Below are positions 30,466 to 42,490 of a DNA stretch of 64,000 bases, one piece after another. The notes beneath the pieces are model-generated. The model was given only the letters and a program-made list of their open reading frames with translations. It searched no databases and was not told where the DNA came from. A program made the translations under genes and the position numbers. The DNA comes from the human T2T-CHM13v2.0 reference genome, Homo sapiens. The stretch's first letter is position 1. The number at the start of each line of letters is the position of its first letter. The stretch lies in assembly GCF_009914755.1 (NCBI RefSeq), contig NC_060933.1; one strand, 5' to 3'.

Positions 30466-33400
30466 TTCCAGGCAGTATTTTAACTCAACAGTGACCCTAG
30501 AGTGTCAGGGTCCAGCCTCTTCCTGGGGCTTCCCTGAAGGCTCTCAAGGCCTATGAATTGGTTTTCTTTGTTTGACTTAAGTAGTCTGGCTACCTTCTCC
30601 AGGCGGAATATGTGGCGATCTCACTGGTATGAGATTGTAGAGGATTCTGTGGGCATAGGGTGGCCTGTGAGTAGGTGGCCACCAGGAAGTCACCAACTTA
30701 ATCCCAGCTTAAGGTGCCTCCCCTCTTTCGCCTGTCACAGTGTCTGACATTCCATTAGTGAGTCATTCTCCAGCTGGGACTCTCTTTGATGGTGCATACC
30801 CTTGAGGGGAGGAGGCCAGAGAAGCCCGGCAGCCTGCTGAGGGTAGAGACCGGGGAACAGGGAAGGGGAGGGCAGGAGGAATGACGCATCTGAAGGATTT
30901 GGGCAAAGCCAGAGAATTCCCTGATGCCATTAGTGCCTAGCTTGGGGCGGCCCAGGCACCCTGGCCCTGGCAGCTGCTCTGACTTTATAGAATCATCAAA
31001 TATCAGCGCTGGAAAGGAGCTTGGTGATCACCCAGTCTAGCCCCTAGTGTTGTAGATGGGAAGACTGTGGCCCAGAAAGAGGAAGTGTGGGCAGACTGGG
31101 AGGTTCTTGAAGCGTGGATGCTGAAGATGCAAAGAGCACTGGGCAAGGAGCAGGGGACCCAGGTTCTAATGGCTCCGCCTGGTGACGCTGGGCAGGTCCC
31201 ACTGCCCTCTGGGCCTCAGATGTCTCCTCAGTGTCACTGGCCTGGCTGCCCTCTGTGGGCCCTCCTGACTCTCACTCTGTGACTCTGGAAGCAGGACCCC
31301 CACCACCCCCAGCCCTTTTCTAGTGCCCCCACCAGCCTGCCGCGGTGTCAGGTCGGCCTGCCAGCTCATGCACCCAGCATCTCTCCCCTCCTGGAGCCGA
31401 GAGAGGTGGCAGGATCTGGATGGGATCTTCTCCTCCCTTTCCTGTTTATTTAGATGTGCTTTTGGCATTCGGGCAAAGCCCCAGAAAGATATTGAGAGAC
31501 ATGCCTGTCAAAACAGTCTCCCTTCTCCAAGGCTCTCTCTTTGGGGATGGGCCTTAGAAACTGCCATGGGAGGAGCCGGGCCTTGGCGGAGGGAGGGCCC
31601 ACAGGGTTCTGCCTCCATCCTGAGTACTGTCTTGGGGTTCCCCAGTGGGCAGCTGAGAGCTTAACGGGTGACAAAGTTCTGCCAGGCCCACATGCCCATC
31701 TGCAGCAGCCCAGGTCAGTCTGTTGAAAGGGGAGAGGGTGATGAAGACAGGCCTGGAGGAAGAATGCAAGGACAAATAGATGCTGGGCTTGGGGGAAGGA
31801 ACCCGCCCTTGATTGAGCACCTACTATGTGCTAGGCATGTTGCTCAGTGCTTCGTATTCAGTTGAGAAGCAGTGCCTTTGAGACCATTGGTGACGTGGGG
31901 CTCCCGGGTGTCCAGGTGGCGGTGCTGAAATGCAGATCCCTGGTTCCCTAGGGGCTGCCTCCTCGGCTGGGAGTGTGGCACAGACAAGGACAGCACTGGG
32001 CAAGGTTCCCCTCCCTGGGGGTGGGAAGCCTCCAGGTCTTCACTGGGAGCCCCTGTGGGACAGCTCTGCACTCAGGGAGTGAGCGGGCCTCCCTTTCTTC
32101 CCTCCCGCCTTGGCTTTGGTCCTTGAGGCCTAGTACAGTGCCTGGGGCTGAGTGTGGGGAGGATGATCAGAGCTGTCCATCTGTTTCCCTATATGGGGGA
32201 GTCCCCACGCTGCCCATCCCAGGGGCCAGAACTCTCTTGGTTACAGTCCCAGCTCTGCCACTTTCAGCAGGTGACTTAACTTCTCTGAGCCTGCATTCCC
32301 CCACCCGGAAATCCAAAACATCCTGAATTCTGAAGCTCTTATCCTCCCAAGGATTCCTGATAACAGGCATTGGGCGCTCCTAGGCATCCTCTCCTAGGGT
32401 GGGAGTGATTCGTCAGAACAGAAGCTTGATTGCTGGTAATATATCATCATCATCATGTGGAATTCATTGAAATGAGTGAATGAAGAAATCACGTGTCTTG
32501 AATTCTGAAAGGCCTTTGAGACAGTCGTTCAGGACCTTCTGGAGAAGCAGCAGGGTTGTGGGCCAGATGTCAGGATGGTGGTGTAGCTCTACTCCTGGGG
32601 TAGTAGAGCTGCTTAAGAACTTGGGTCCTTCCAGCCAAAGACCCCCCAGGCCTCTGACCCCCACTCAAACTGCCCTGTGCTTTGCTCAGTGATATGATGG
32701 AAGCCTAGGGCCTAGGGGATCAGCTGGCATAGGAAGGGTGTCCAGATGGGCAATGGGCCATCCACAGAGAGGGGCGGGGGCTACACAGCTATCCACGCCC
32801 AGCCGTCAGGGAATGAGCTGGGGGGGTGGCACCAGGCAGCAGCCTTGTGCAGCAGCCTTGTGCAAAAGCCCTGGGGCCTTGGTTGACCTCAGCGTCGTGG
32901 CACAGCTGCCTGACAAGTAGATGGGGACATGGGCTGCTTTAATAGAGGCAGAGTGCCCCATCTGGGGAGGGAGCCGCGGGTCCCTGCAGACTGTGTAGGC
33001 TGCTTGCTGAGCTTTAGACATCAGTCCTTGCTCCAGTGAATGAAAGCTGAGGCCTCCACCTGAGCAGCCCTGCCTGCCCCGTGCACTTTGGGCATCGGGA
33101 GTCTCAGTGAGGTTGCTTTAGGAAAAAAAAAAAGTGCTTGTTTAAGAGAGTTCAAAACTACCAAACTGGATGACATTCTGCGGCTCCAGAATCATTTTGC
33201 AAGCATGTTCATTCATGTCCCTGTCCCCCTGCCGGGCGGCCCACAGCCTCCTTGGAGAGCCCAGACTGACTCCCACCCTTGGTTGTCATTTATCCATTTG
33301 GGCAAAAAGAGGTGGTGGTGCTCAGCCAACATCAGTATTGGTTGCAATAAACCTACTACTCTGTGTAGTTGCTTAATAGTTACTGTCTTTCTGGCGACAT

Positions 33401-33843
33401 TGTACCTCATTTCATCCTTCCCAGGTCCCATAAAGTAGGTATCATCATCAGTTTATTTTACACATAGGGACACTGAGGTTCAGAGAGGTCCAGTAATCGG
33501 CCCACAGCTTGTCTGAATGAAGATTTGAGGCCAAGCGATGTGAGGGGGCTAGAGCTGCCCAGTGGGAATGGTCAGCAAGCGTGGGCTCCTGTGGTCCAGC
33601 GCCATCTGCAGGAGAAGTGGGATACAGCCAGGCCTTAGTGGGTGTGGCTAGGGGGTCATAGTCTGTCCCTAGGCAAGGGAGTGATTATGGGGACCACCTA
33701 TAATCTTTGCAGATGAGCTAGGCCCGACACATGTCACTACAAACGGAGTGTTTTTAACAGTCCTGTACATGTATATGGGAATTGCACATGGCTTTTGTTG
33801 AGCACTTACTGTCGGCTACACTCTGAGCCTAGAGCTTTATCAG

Positions 33844-34156
33844 TTTTTCGTTTTTGTTTTTGTTTTTTGTTTTTTTGAGATGGAATCTTGTTTTGTTGCC
33901 CAGGCCGAAGTGCAGTGGCCAAACTTGGCTCACTGCAGCCTCCACCTCCTGGGTTCATGCAATTCTCCTGCCTCAGCCTCCCGAGTAGCTGGGATTACAG
34001 GCTCGTGCCACCACGCCCGGCTAATTTTTGTATTTTTAGTAGAGACGGGGTTTTGCCATCTTGGCCAGGCTGGTCTTGAACTCCTGACCTCAGGTGATCC
34101 ACCCGCCTCAGCCTCCCAAAGTGCTGGGATTACAGGCGTGAGCCACCATGCCTGGC
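33844..34156 (-). mobile_element. AluSx-like with (GTTTTT)n tail
   Basis: Antisense dimer, flanking ctttatc direct repeat. Confidence 0.92.
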
Positions 34157-37053
34157 AACTTTATCCACTTTTATCTGCCAATTTAATCCTCACTGCAGCC
34201 CCCCACCCACTTCAGAGAGAGGCAAGGGGCCTTAGCTGTCTTCTCTTGCAGTGAGGGGTCTGTGGAGCTGGGTTTGACTTGGTTCTTAGCCACTGGGCTG
34301 TCAGTGGGCTCCACTGCGGTCCCGGAAAGTGGGTATCAAGAACCCTGTTTGACTGAATGATTTGCCCACTGCCCCTCAATTAAAGGTTGTCTTGGGTCTA
34401 GAATAAGAGTTTCTGACTTGAAGACCAGTCAGCCCCTCTTCCCAAGTTAGGGGCTGTAGCTGCCTCCAGAAATCAAGTCCCAGGAGCTGCCTCTGAAGGG
34501 ACAGCAGAAAAGGTTTGCCTCCCTTCATCTGGCGAAGAGGGAGAGGACGCCCTTGGCCCTCCACCCCCATGAAGGAGAGCAACAAGCTGTGTGGCTGGGC
34601 AGAGCAGAGCAGAGGACTGGAGTCCACGGTCCTTGATTAACCTTGCTTTGTGATCTTGGGGAAGGGCCTTCCCTACTCTGGTCCCCAGTCACCCTGTAAT
34701 ACAGCCTTTGCATCTGAGTCCCCTTCTGGCAGTGGCTTTCCAAGATGATGAGTATTTGTTAAGTCTGTCATATGCAGGGTCCTGAGCTGAGTTCTCTGGG
34801 GGACACAGGTCTCTAGGTGGATGTGTGATGTGATCGGTGGGTGGGTCAACGGGAACACTCTCTGTTCCCTGGAAGAATCTCTTTTCCCATGATCTGAGCT
34901 CCCTGACCTCTTGAATATCCATATACTGCTCACTCCATAATGTTCATGGCTATCTTGGCCACTGTGTCTAGCACATAATGGCTCTCATTAAGGTGAAAGA
35001 GTGAATATGACAGGGTATTAGGAGTCCCCAAGGTCATTGTCAGTTTGGGTGGGGGAGTTACCATTCTGAGTAGGCTTTAAGGAGGAGGCTGCTTGTCAGA
35101 GGAACATTAAGTAGAGTCACAGGGGGTGGAGTGGGGAAGAGGAAGTGGCACATGTGCATCAAACCTCCTAGACGGGAGAAAACTTTTTTGTTTAAACTCA
35201 GAAATAGGATAAAGCCATCAATATTGCTCCAGAATGAGCTACATAAATTGTGAAACATGCTTCTTTGTTCTTCATACCTCAAGATTGCAAAAATTGTGAA
35301 ATTTTCATCAGTGTAGAAAATAAAAACCAAGAAAAGGTACAAGCCCATTGGGATAACTTGCTTGACCACAACCCCTGGGAGAAGAGAACCCATCCAAATT
35401 AGCCAGGTGCAGCCCCCTCTCCTATAGCTGGCAAGAGGCAGAGTTTGGGAGAGCTCAGAGCTCACGCAGAGGTGCAGGCCTCTGCCTCCATGCCATGTGT
35501 CCTGGAGAGCCTAGTGCTCTCCTGACCTGCCACCGTTTGGGGTCCCTCTGCATTAAGCATTGCCTTGTCTATGGGTCATGCCTCTGGAGAAGGGTCCCTC
35601 CTGCAGCCCCTAATACCTAAGAGATATTTGTGGCGGCTGATTAGAATACCCTGATGGATAATTCCAGGCTGCAGAGGTGAGAGGCATTTGGACTCCACTG
35701 CCTGGGATGGCCTTCTGGTGAGGTATCATTTCAGCTGGGCCTTGAAGGACACGCAGAATCCCAACAGGTGGCCACAGGGGTATGTCTCCTGTGGATATGA
35801 ATGGCTGAGGAAGGAGGAAAAGGCAGAAGGAGAAAGATAGGAAAAGGGAAATCTTGAAAGCTCTTGAATTAGCCAGGCCCGGAAGCTGGGTGTCCTTGGG
35901 TAAGTCACTTTACCTGTCTGAGCAAGCTTCTTCATTTGCAGCAAATGTTTTTCTGTCATTTTCTGTCTGTGCGGGTGACATGAGATGACTTGTACAGCCC
36001 ATGTTTGACCTTGTCATGTTGAAGATGGACAGATACAGCCCAGGGCCTGTGCCAAACATCCACTGCTCCTCTTGAACACAGAGAGGGCTGCCAAACTGAC
36101 CCTTTATTTTGTGATGGATGGAATGTGGTATTTGGATTATGTACATTAACCTCAAATTAAATTAATATCCCACTTGCCACCTGGAATTGAGACTGGGGTG
36201 GGTGAGCCCCCAGAACACCCCCCTCTTTAGAGGACTCCCCCTCCTCCAGTTTTCCTCTCCCTCAAGCTGCCTGTAGTTTCCAAGCCCGGCAGGACACAGG
36301 CTGTGTCCCCTGGGGCCCCCACATCTATCCCGTCACCTGTAAAGGGAAGATTGGTTTGACCTGTGTGTATTGAACGCCTGTCTCCTCTGTCTCTGCCATT
36401 AGACCAGGAGCTCTTGGGATGGGGGAGGTGGGGGATTAAGCTCTGTTTTCAGTCAGTGCAACCTGTTAGGTGGATAAATGGCGTGAATAAGGTTCCCCAA
36501 ATCTTGAAGCTTTTAATGGGGATACTCAGCAAACCCTTCAGCCCCTCGGGCCCCTCCCTGAGCTGAGCACTAGGGATCCCGTCCCGCAAGGTGGTTGTCC
36601 TTGCTGGGGTACATACAACGGTTCCGGGGAGGGGCCCCACCCTGACATCAAGCTACTGCCGCTCTGGGAAGGAAAGTCGCCCGGAATCGGGGTCTAAGTG
36701 GCCAGGGCACTGCCAGGCGCAGGCCAGCCGGCGCCTCAGCCGACCACGCGCCCGCTCTCATCGGTACCACCGAGGGCTGGAGAGCAGCGACCTCGCAGCG
36801 GAGGAAGGCGCTTTGTCAATCCCCGACGGGGTGGGGGGGCGTGGATTCCTCCAGGTGGGTGTGGGGGGTGTGACCTCGCACGGGGAGGACAAGCTCGGAG
36901 GCGGCAGGGAGGTGAGCGGGGCGGCCGGCCCTGGCGGTCCCCGGGGGTCTCCGCCCCTCCGCAGCCCCGCCCCCTCGTCCCGGTACTCCCCCTCGCCCCG
37001 GCGCCCGGGGGGCTCGGGCAGCCTCGGCCGCGGTCGGCGCGGCTCGGCTCGGC

Positions 37054-37067
37054 GTCGCCAAGGCAAC
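37054..37067. promoter_or_regulatory. RFX X-box motif in CpG island
   Basis: GTCGCCAAGGCAAC fits GTNRCC-N2-RGYAAC. Confidence 0.5.
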
Positions 37068-37313
37068 AGCGGCTTAGGGGGCGGGGGCGACGTGGCGGGC
37101 GGGGTGGGCTGGGCCGCGCTGCGCGGGCCGGGCCGTCGGCGCTCGGTCGGCGGGCGGGCGGCGCGGGCCGCGAGCTGCTGGGGCCGAGCCCGAGCCCGGC
37201 CCGCCCTCGGCCGCGCGGCCGCCCAGCAAGGGTGCGGGTCCCGCGCGGGTCCCGGCCCGCCGCCGCCGCGCTAACCCCGCCTCCCCTTCCCCCTCTTGTC
37301 CCCCCGTGCGCAG

Positions 37314-37447
37314 GGCTTCCTCAGCCGCCGCCTCAAGGGCTCCATCAAGCGCACCAAGAGCCAGCCCAAGCTGGACCGCAACCACAGCTTCCGCCACATC
37401 CTGCCGGGGTTCCGGAGCGCCGCCGCCGCCGCCGCGGACAATGAGAG
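37314..37447 (+). CDS. DAB2IP: DAB2IP internal coding exon (134 bp, phase 0 in, phase 2 out): [44 protein letters not shown](R)
   Basis: Branch point CTAAC 37271-37275, long pyrimidine tract, gcgcag|GGC acceptor, GAGAG|gtgagc donor. Peptide matches the SynGAP-family conserved segment. Confidence 0.96.
37419..37436 (+). repeat. (GCC)5GCG coding poly-alanine (Ala6) tract
   Basis: agc gcc gcc gcc gcc gcc gcg gac, read directly in exon frame. Confidence 0.95.
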
Positions 37448-38300
37448 GTGAGCCCGCCGCCGCCGCCCGGTCCCCCGCGCCGCCGCCCCGGGCTGCGCCC
37501 CTGAGGACGCGGGGACAAAGCGCGAGCCCGGCCCGGGGCGAGCCACACGGCGGTGGGGGGACCCCACGCCGCCCGCCGGGAACTTATGGGGCCACCTCGG
37601 CCGGACTAGGGGGCCCGAGGGGAGGACCCTGTGCCTCCCTCCGGGGTTAGGTGAGTAGAAGAGAGGAGAGCAGAGGGTGCCCGCGGCGGCCCGGGCGAGG
37701 CCGGGCGCGAAGTCCCCTCGCAGGGAAGTCCTGCCTCGCCTGTCCGAGGTGGGCATTGTTTCCCGGGCCGTGCGGTGCCCGAACCGGGGACGGAAGTGGG
37801 GCCTCTGCCGCCAGGACCCATCCCCCTGCCTTGGGAGCCCCTGGGTATCAGATACAAAAGGCATTTTCGGCCGGGTTTGGCCGAGACCGGGCGCTGCCCG
37901 TGGTGAGGGGAAGGGTGAACATCTGGAGGGGAGGAGCAGGGGGCTGGGCCACTTAGGGGGCACATCTGCTCTAAGTAGGGCGCGTGCTCCACTGGGGGCT
38001 GGCGCTAGCAGAGCGGGCAGTGCCCAGGCCCTGAGCTGGGGGCACAGCCTGAGGCTGGGGAGCCAGGGCCATCTCCTCTCCAGCCTAGGCAGCTGCTTCT
38101 CTCCCTCCCTCACCTCTCCACTCTCAGGGGTGTCTCCTGCTTTCTGTTTCCTTCTCCTGGGCCAGCCGGGAGCAGGTGTGGAAATTCCGCGGGGAGGTGG
38201 CTGGTGGGGCAGAAGGGGAGAGGGAGGAGGAGGTGGTTCAACCTGCCGGGAGACGCTGGCCAGGGAGCAGGCTTCAGCTCGCAAGGGCAAGCCATCCTGT

Positions 38301-38314
38301 CCTCCAGGGGGCAC
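38301..38314 (+). promoter_or_regulatory. Candidate CTCF site
   Basis: tgtCCTCCAGGGGGCACtg is a close match to the CTCF core CCASYAGRKGGCRS, at the 3' flank of the CpG island. Confidence 0.5.
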
Positions 38315-41300
38315 TGGGCGGACACAGCCTCTCAGGGCCCAGGTCCTCCTCGAGTGGTGCCAGCCACAGGCACCTTTCCACTTAGGCACAGGCATGGTGA
38401 TGGATTCCAGTGCCAGTTAGAACATGTCCCTGCCCAGCCTGTGGAGGTGAAAGTACGGGCAGGCACCGAGGAGCCTTTTCAGCATTCAGCCCGAACGTCT
38501 CAGACCACTGGCATCTGCCTTCGTAGGGCTGTGTCCGTGTTGGCACTCCCTGTAGGGGAGGCGTAGGTAGCATGAAAATGTCTCTCCCCTCCCCCTTGGT
38601 TCTAGCGGGCAGAGGAGTACAAGTTACAGCCCAACTCCTGCCCAAGGTTGAGTGACTGTTTAACTGACCCCTAGCATCTTCCTGGAGAGTAACACTTCCA
38701 CCTCCCAGTAGAATGGCTAGACGTTTAATTTCCATCGTCCCAGAGCCGCGCTCTCCAGTGCATCCTCACCACTGCCTGCAGCTGGTTTCCTGCCCCAGCT
38801 GCCAAGCCCAGCCTGAGGCGGGACCCTCAGCCTTTCTCTGATGGCCCTGGTGCCCCAGGGGACCAGGCGTGCCCTGGCAGGAAGATGCAGCCAGGCCAGA
38901 GCTCAGCGCTGGGTGCAGTCACTGCGTCTTTGAAAATCTCGCTTCCCATCTTTGTTATTGTCTGGGCGGCAGGCCACCCGGTTTGCTGCCTTCCTCCCTC
39001 CACCGGGCCCCTGCCTTCGGCTGTCTTCCCCAGGAACATGCCCTTCTCCGCGCTTTCCTTGGCGGGGGTCAGGACCCTCTGCACCCGCATGCGGGGGCTT
39101 GTGTACGTACCCCGTTTTGTGTGCATGTGGTGGTTGTCCGGGGAGCAGGAGAGACAACAGGCAGTCCGGCTTCTGAGTGTGTCTGCTCTCCCGGGAGCAG
39201 GCGGCATGCATGTCATGTTTACCTCCTTACAGCGGGAAGCCTGTACCTAGAAGCCGGCAAGTGCTGGCTGGCCACCCTAGCCAGAGGTCGGGGCATGGCC
39301 AAGACGACCTCGTGCGGGTCCTGCCCCACTTGGCCTCAGGTCAGCCTTGCCACATGCTGAAGGGGCGCAGAGTGGGGGTTGGGAGTGAAACTACAAGCCT
39401 GTTTCTGGAAACAGTAGGAAACGGTAGCGGTTGGAGCAGAATGTCACTGGCAGCGGTGTGGAATTGTCTTATTAATTTTCTATAAACAAAATATGGCTTG
39501 GTGGCCTCTCTGGCACAGGAAGGGAGCCTAGATTTCCCATGGACAGGCAGAAAGACTGGGTTTGAAATCTCTCTACCCAGCCTTGGAGCTGAAATAGGCT
39601 TTCCCAGGACTGGGGTCTCCTGATTTGCTGCTTTGCTTAGGAACAGATTCGTCGGCTGCTGCTGGGATGGATGGGCAGAAATTTCTCTGGGGCTGTCCCT
39701 GGAGTCATCCTATTTGGAGTTCAGTGAGTAAAAACAACTATGGTGACCCCGCCCGCCCCCCAGCTCATGGCCAAACCTGGATGAGTGGAGCAGTGCCTCT
39801 CCCTGCTCTGATGTGGTGTGGTTGTGATGTTGAAGGCTGGGAGGGCAGGATGGGCTGTCTTTGGCTTGGTTTAGCAGCAAGGAAGGGTTGTGTCCTGGCT
39901 CCATGGGACCCCCACTGGCTGCCATGCCTCTGGCTGGGGAGAGGGTAAGTGCCAAGACGCTAGCCTCAGTGAGTGGGTGGGACACGAGTGGGAAGGACGG
40001 TGGGGGCTTCTAGGGTGTCGAGCGGGAGTCCTGGTCCCCATGGCCTTCCCGTGTAGATGAGCGGCACAGGGCACTCTGGGGCGGCCACTTGAGTTCTGAC
40101 TTTGGATGAATCTATCTGGTTTATATGGCTGCTGAAGAGGCTTTGTTGAATGCTGTCTGCGTGCTCCGCAAGCTGCTGTGTTGGGGAGGTGGTTTTTTTG
40201 CGCTGGAATTCTCTCATCTGGAGGTTGGAAACCAGTTGGTTCTGTGCTGGGATTTTTTTGGCTCCCTGGAAAAGGAGTCGGTTTCAGGGGTGGGGATGCC
40301 GAACCTGGCTGGTTGGGATTGAGGGTTGCTATCTGGTTGTGAGGCTGGGGTCAGGCCAGGCAGTGCTTGGTTGGCACAGCTGGGCTCTGGGGGCTGGGGG
40401 CTGTAGGACAGGCTTGAGCCTTCGGACTTATTCTTCTGAAACGGCCTCAGGGGAGGTTGCCAGCTGGTCTCCACAGTCTCTGGGTCCCTCAGACACTCAT
40501 TTCTTCTTCAGAAGCTTTGGCAGTAAGCACCAAGGACAGGTGATCATTTCTCCTGGGTAACAAACACATGCTGCTTGGAGCGCTTTCCAGGTGAAAGGTG
40601 TGCCGGCAAAAGCATTTTCATTTTGCACACTGGAAATGCTGCTGCTTCATTTACAGGGCTGTTTTAATGTTGGTAAAAGTGATATAGAGGATGTGGTTCT
40701 GTCAGCCCAGAGGATAATTTCCAAGTCATTCATTTATTTATTAATGTTACTGAGGAGCTAGGAGGGTCAGTTGGCAATATTATGCTTTCCTCATTCCTTC
40801 TCTCTCCTGATGCTGTTTCTGGGTGACTCTAGCCCTCCACACCTGCTGGGAATATGCTTCCTTTGGCATGCTACCTGTCTAAACTTACCACAGTAGTTAC
40901 TCTAAAGTGTCTGTACCCCCATCAAGCTCTTCCCAGTCATCCTGGTGCGGAGCTTAGCTCATAAATGCAGGCAGCTCTGGGGCAGGTAGGCAAGGCTGCT
41001 ATGTGTGGAGTTAGGGATCGATTCCCCCTTCCAGAGTATGTGTGTGCTGGCTGGCGTTCCCACACCTGAAAGTTACTAATGGTGGAATTCCAAGTGATAA
41101 GGGACTAGGGAAGGAGATACAGTACTTGGATGTTGGGGATGGCAGCTTCCAGGGACCCTCACCTGGACCTGGGTAGGCAGGAATCAATTCTGCCCCTTGT
41201 GGTGAGACAGTCCCTGGAGGAGGGAGAGTGAGGAAGGTTGATGAGGAACAGGGGAAATGGAAGTTAGGGTCTATTTTCCTGCTTTAGTTGCTGACAGTAA

Positions 41301-42019
41301 GTGCAGGCAGGACTGGGCACCCAAGTCTGGTGTTTCTTGCCCTTGTTCCCTCCCCTACTATAGACAGGGAGGGCCTGGTCCTTTTTTTGGGGACTAGTCT
41401 GTCTAGTGTGGTGATGTCAAGATGATAGTGCAGTTTAGACAATTGCCAGGAGTCATGGGATGTATGTGATCTTTGGATTTGAAGCCAAGCATTCCTGGGG
41501 CAAGTCACGTAACCTTTTGCAGCCTCAGTTTGCTCATCTGCAGAATGGGCATCATGATAATCATGTTGTTGAAGACATTAACATTAATACATTTAGCACA
41601 CTTTTCATAGAAATTTTCTGGTTCAGTGCTGTTTTCTTAGCATTTAACACTGGGTCTTGCACATTTCTTAAATGTTTCTAAAATTTAATTAAATAATGTG
41701 TGAAAGAGGTTAGATTAATATGTCATAGGTTTTCAGTTAATATTGGTAGGGTTAAGTCACCTCGTCTTGGTAAGCCTCAGTTTTCTCATCCACAGTGTGG
41801 GAATAATAAGCAATCATGTGGCCTCATCCTGAGGTTCAAGAGATAATAGATGTTGCTGTGCCTGGTAAGGTGATTCGAGCTTAAGATGGGTCATTATTGC
41901 CTTAAACTTAAGAAACAGCCATTATTACCTAGAGCACAGGATGTTTTCCTAGGGATTCCTGCTTACACCTGGGAAAGCAAAGCTCTCATGTGTGTTTTAA
42001 TAATCAGTTTTAAAAGTTC

Positions 42020-42490
42020 ATTGTTCCATCTTCCGTTTGGGTCATACTTGTTTTTAATCATTTAGGCATTTAGGTTATGTCTAGGTTTTCTTTATTAAAA
42101 ATGACACTGGGATTTAAATCCTTGAATATTTATCTTTGCCTACATTTCTGATTTTTCCCAAAGGATAAAGTCTTAGAAACAGAATTACTAGGTCTAAAAA
42201 TATGAAGAGTTTGAGATTTTTCTTAGAAAAATGTCACCCACCAAAATCCTGTAATAATTCATACCCCTCCCCAGTGATTTTTGAGAGTGCTTACCTGTTT
42301 CCTCACACCCTTCAAAACATTGGATGTCATCATTAAAGCAGTCTTTATCGTTTGGATAGGCAGAAAAAGGGCATTTTTTTGTTATTTGCATTCATTTGCT
42401 TGTTGGTGATCGAATAGTGCTTTCCTGAGTTTCATGGCCAGTGGCAGTGCTTCTTTTGAGACTTGTCTATTCCTGTCCTTTGCCTGAGTG
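42020..42490 (-). mobile_element. Ancient L1ME-like fragment
   Basis: ggcatttaggttatgtctagg...agaattactaggtc...tttgcattcatttg...acttgtctattcctgtcctttgcc. Confidence 0.65.

Larger units (their letters stand above)
36650..37900. promoter_or_regulatory. Intragenic CpG island / likely internal promoter enclosing the 134-bp exon
   Basis: Very high GC and dense unmutated CpG (e.g. 36960-37620), several GGGCGG GC-boxes and CCG repeats, against CpG-depleted flanks. A weaker CpG shore runs to about 40.1 kb. Confidence 0.9.

Noticed and set aside
36591-38420. Long ORFs over the CpG island (227, 248, 374 and 247 aa)
   Set aside because: Low-complexity Gly/Arg/Pro/Ala frames are expected from stop-poor GC-rich DNA, and most start at non-ATG codons. 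ORF 36591..37274 shares the exon frame but ends at the TAA of the branch point, which splicing explains.
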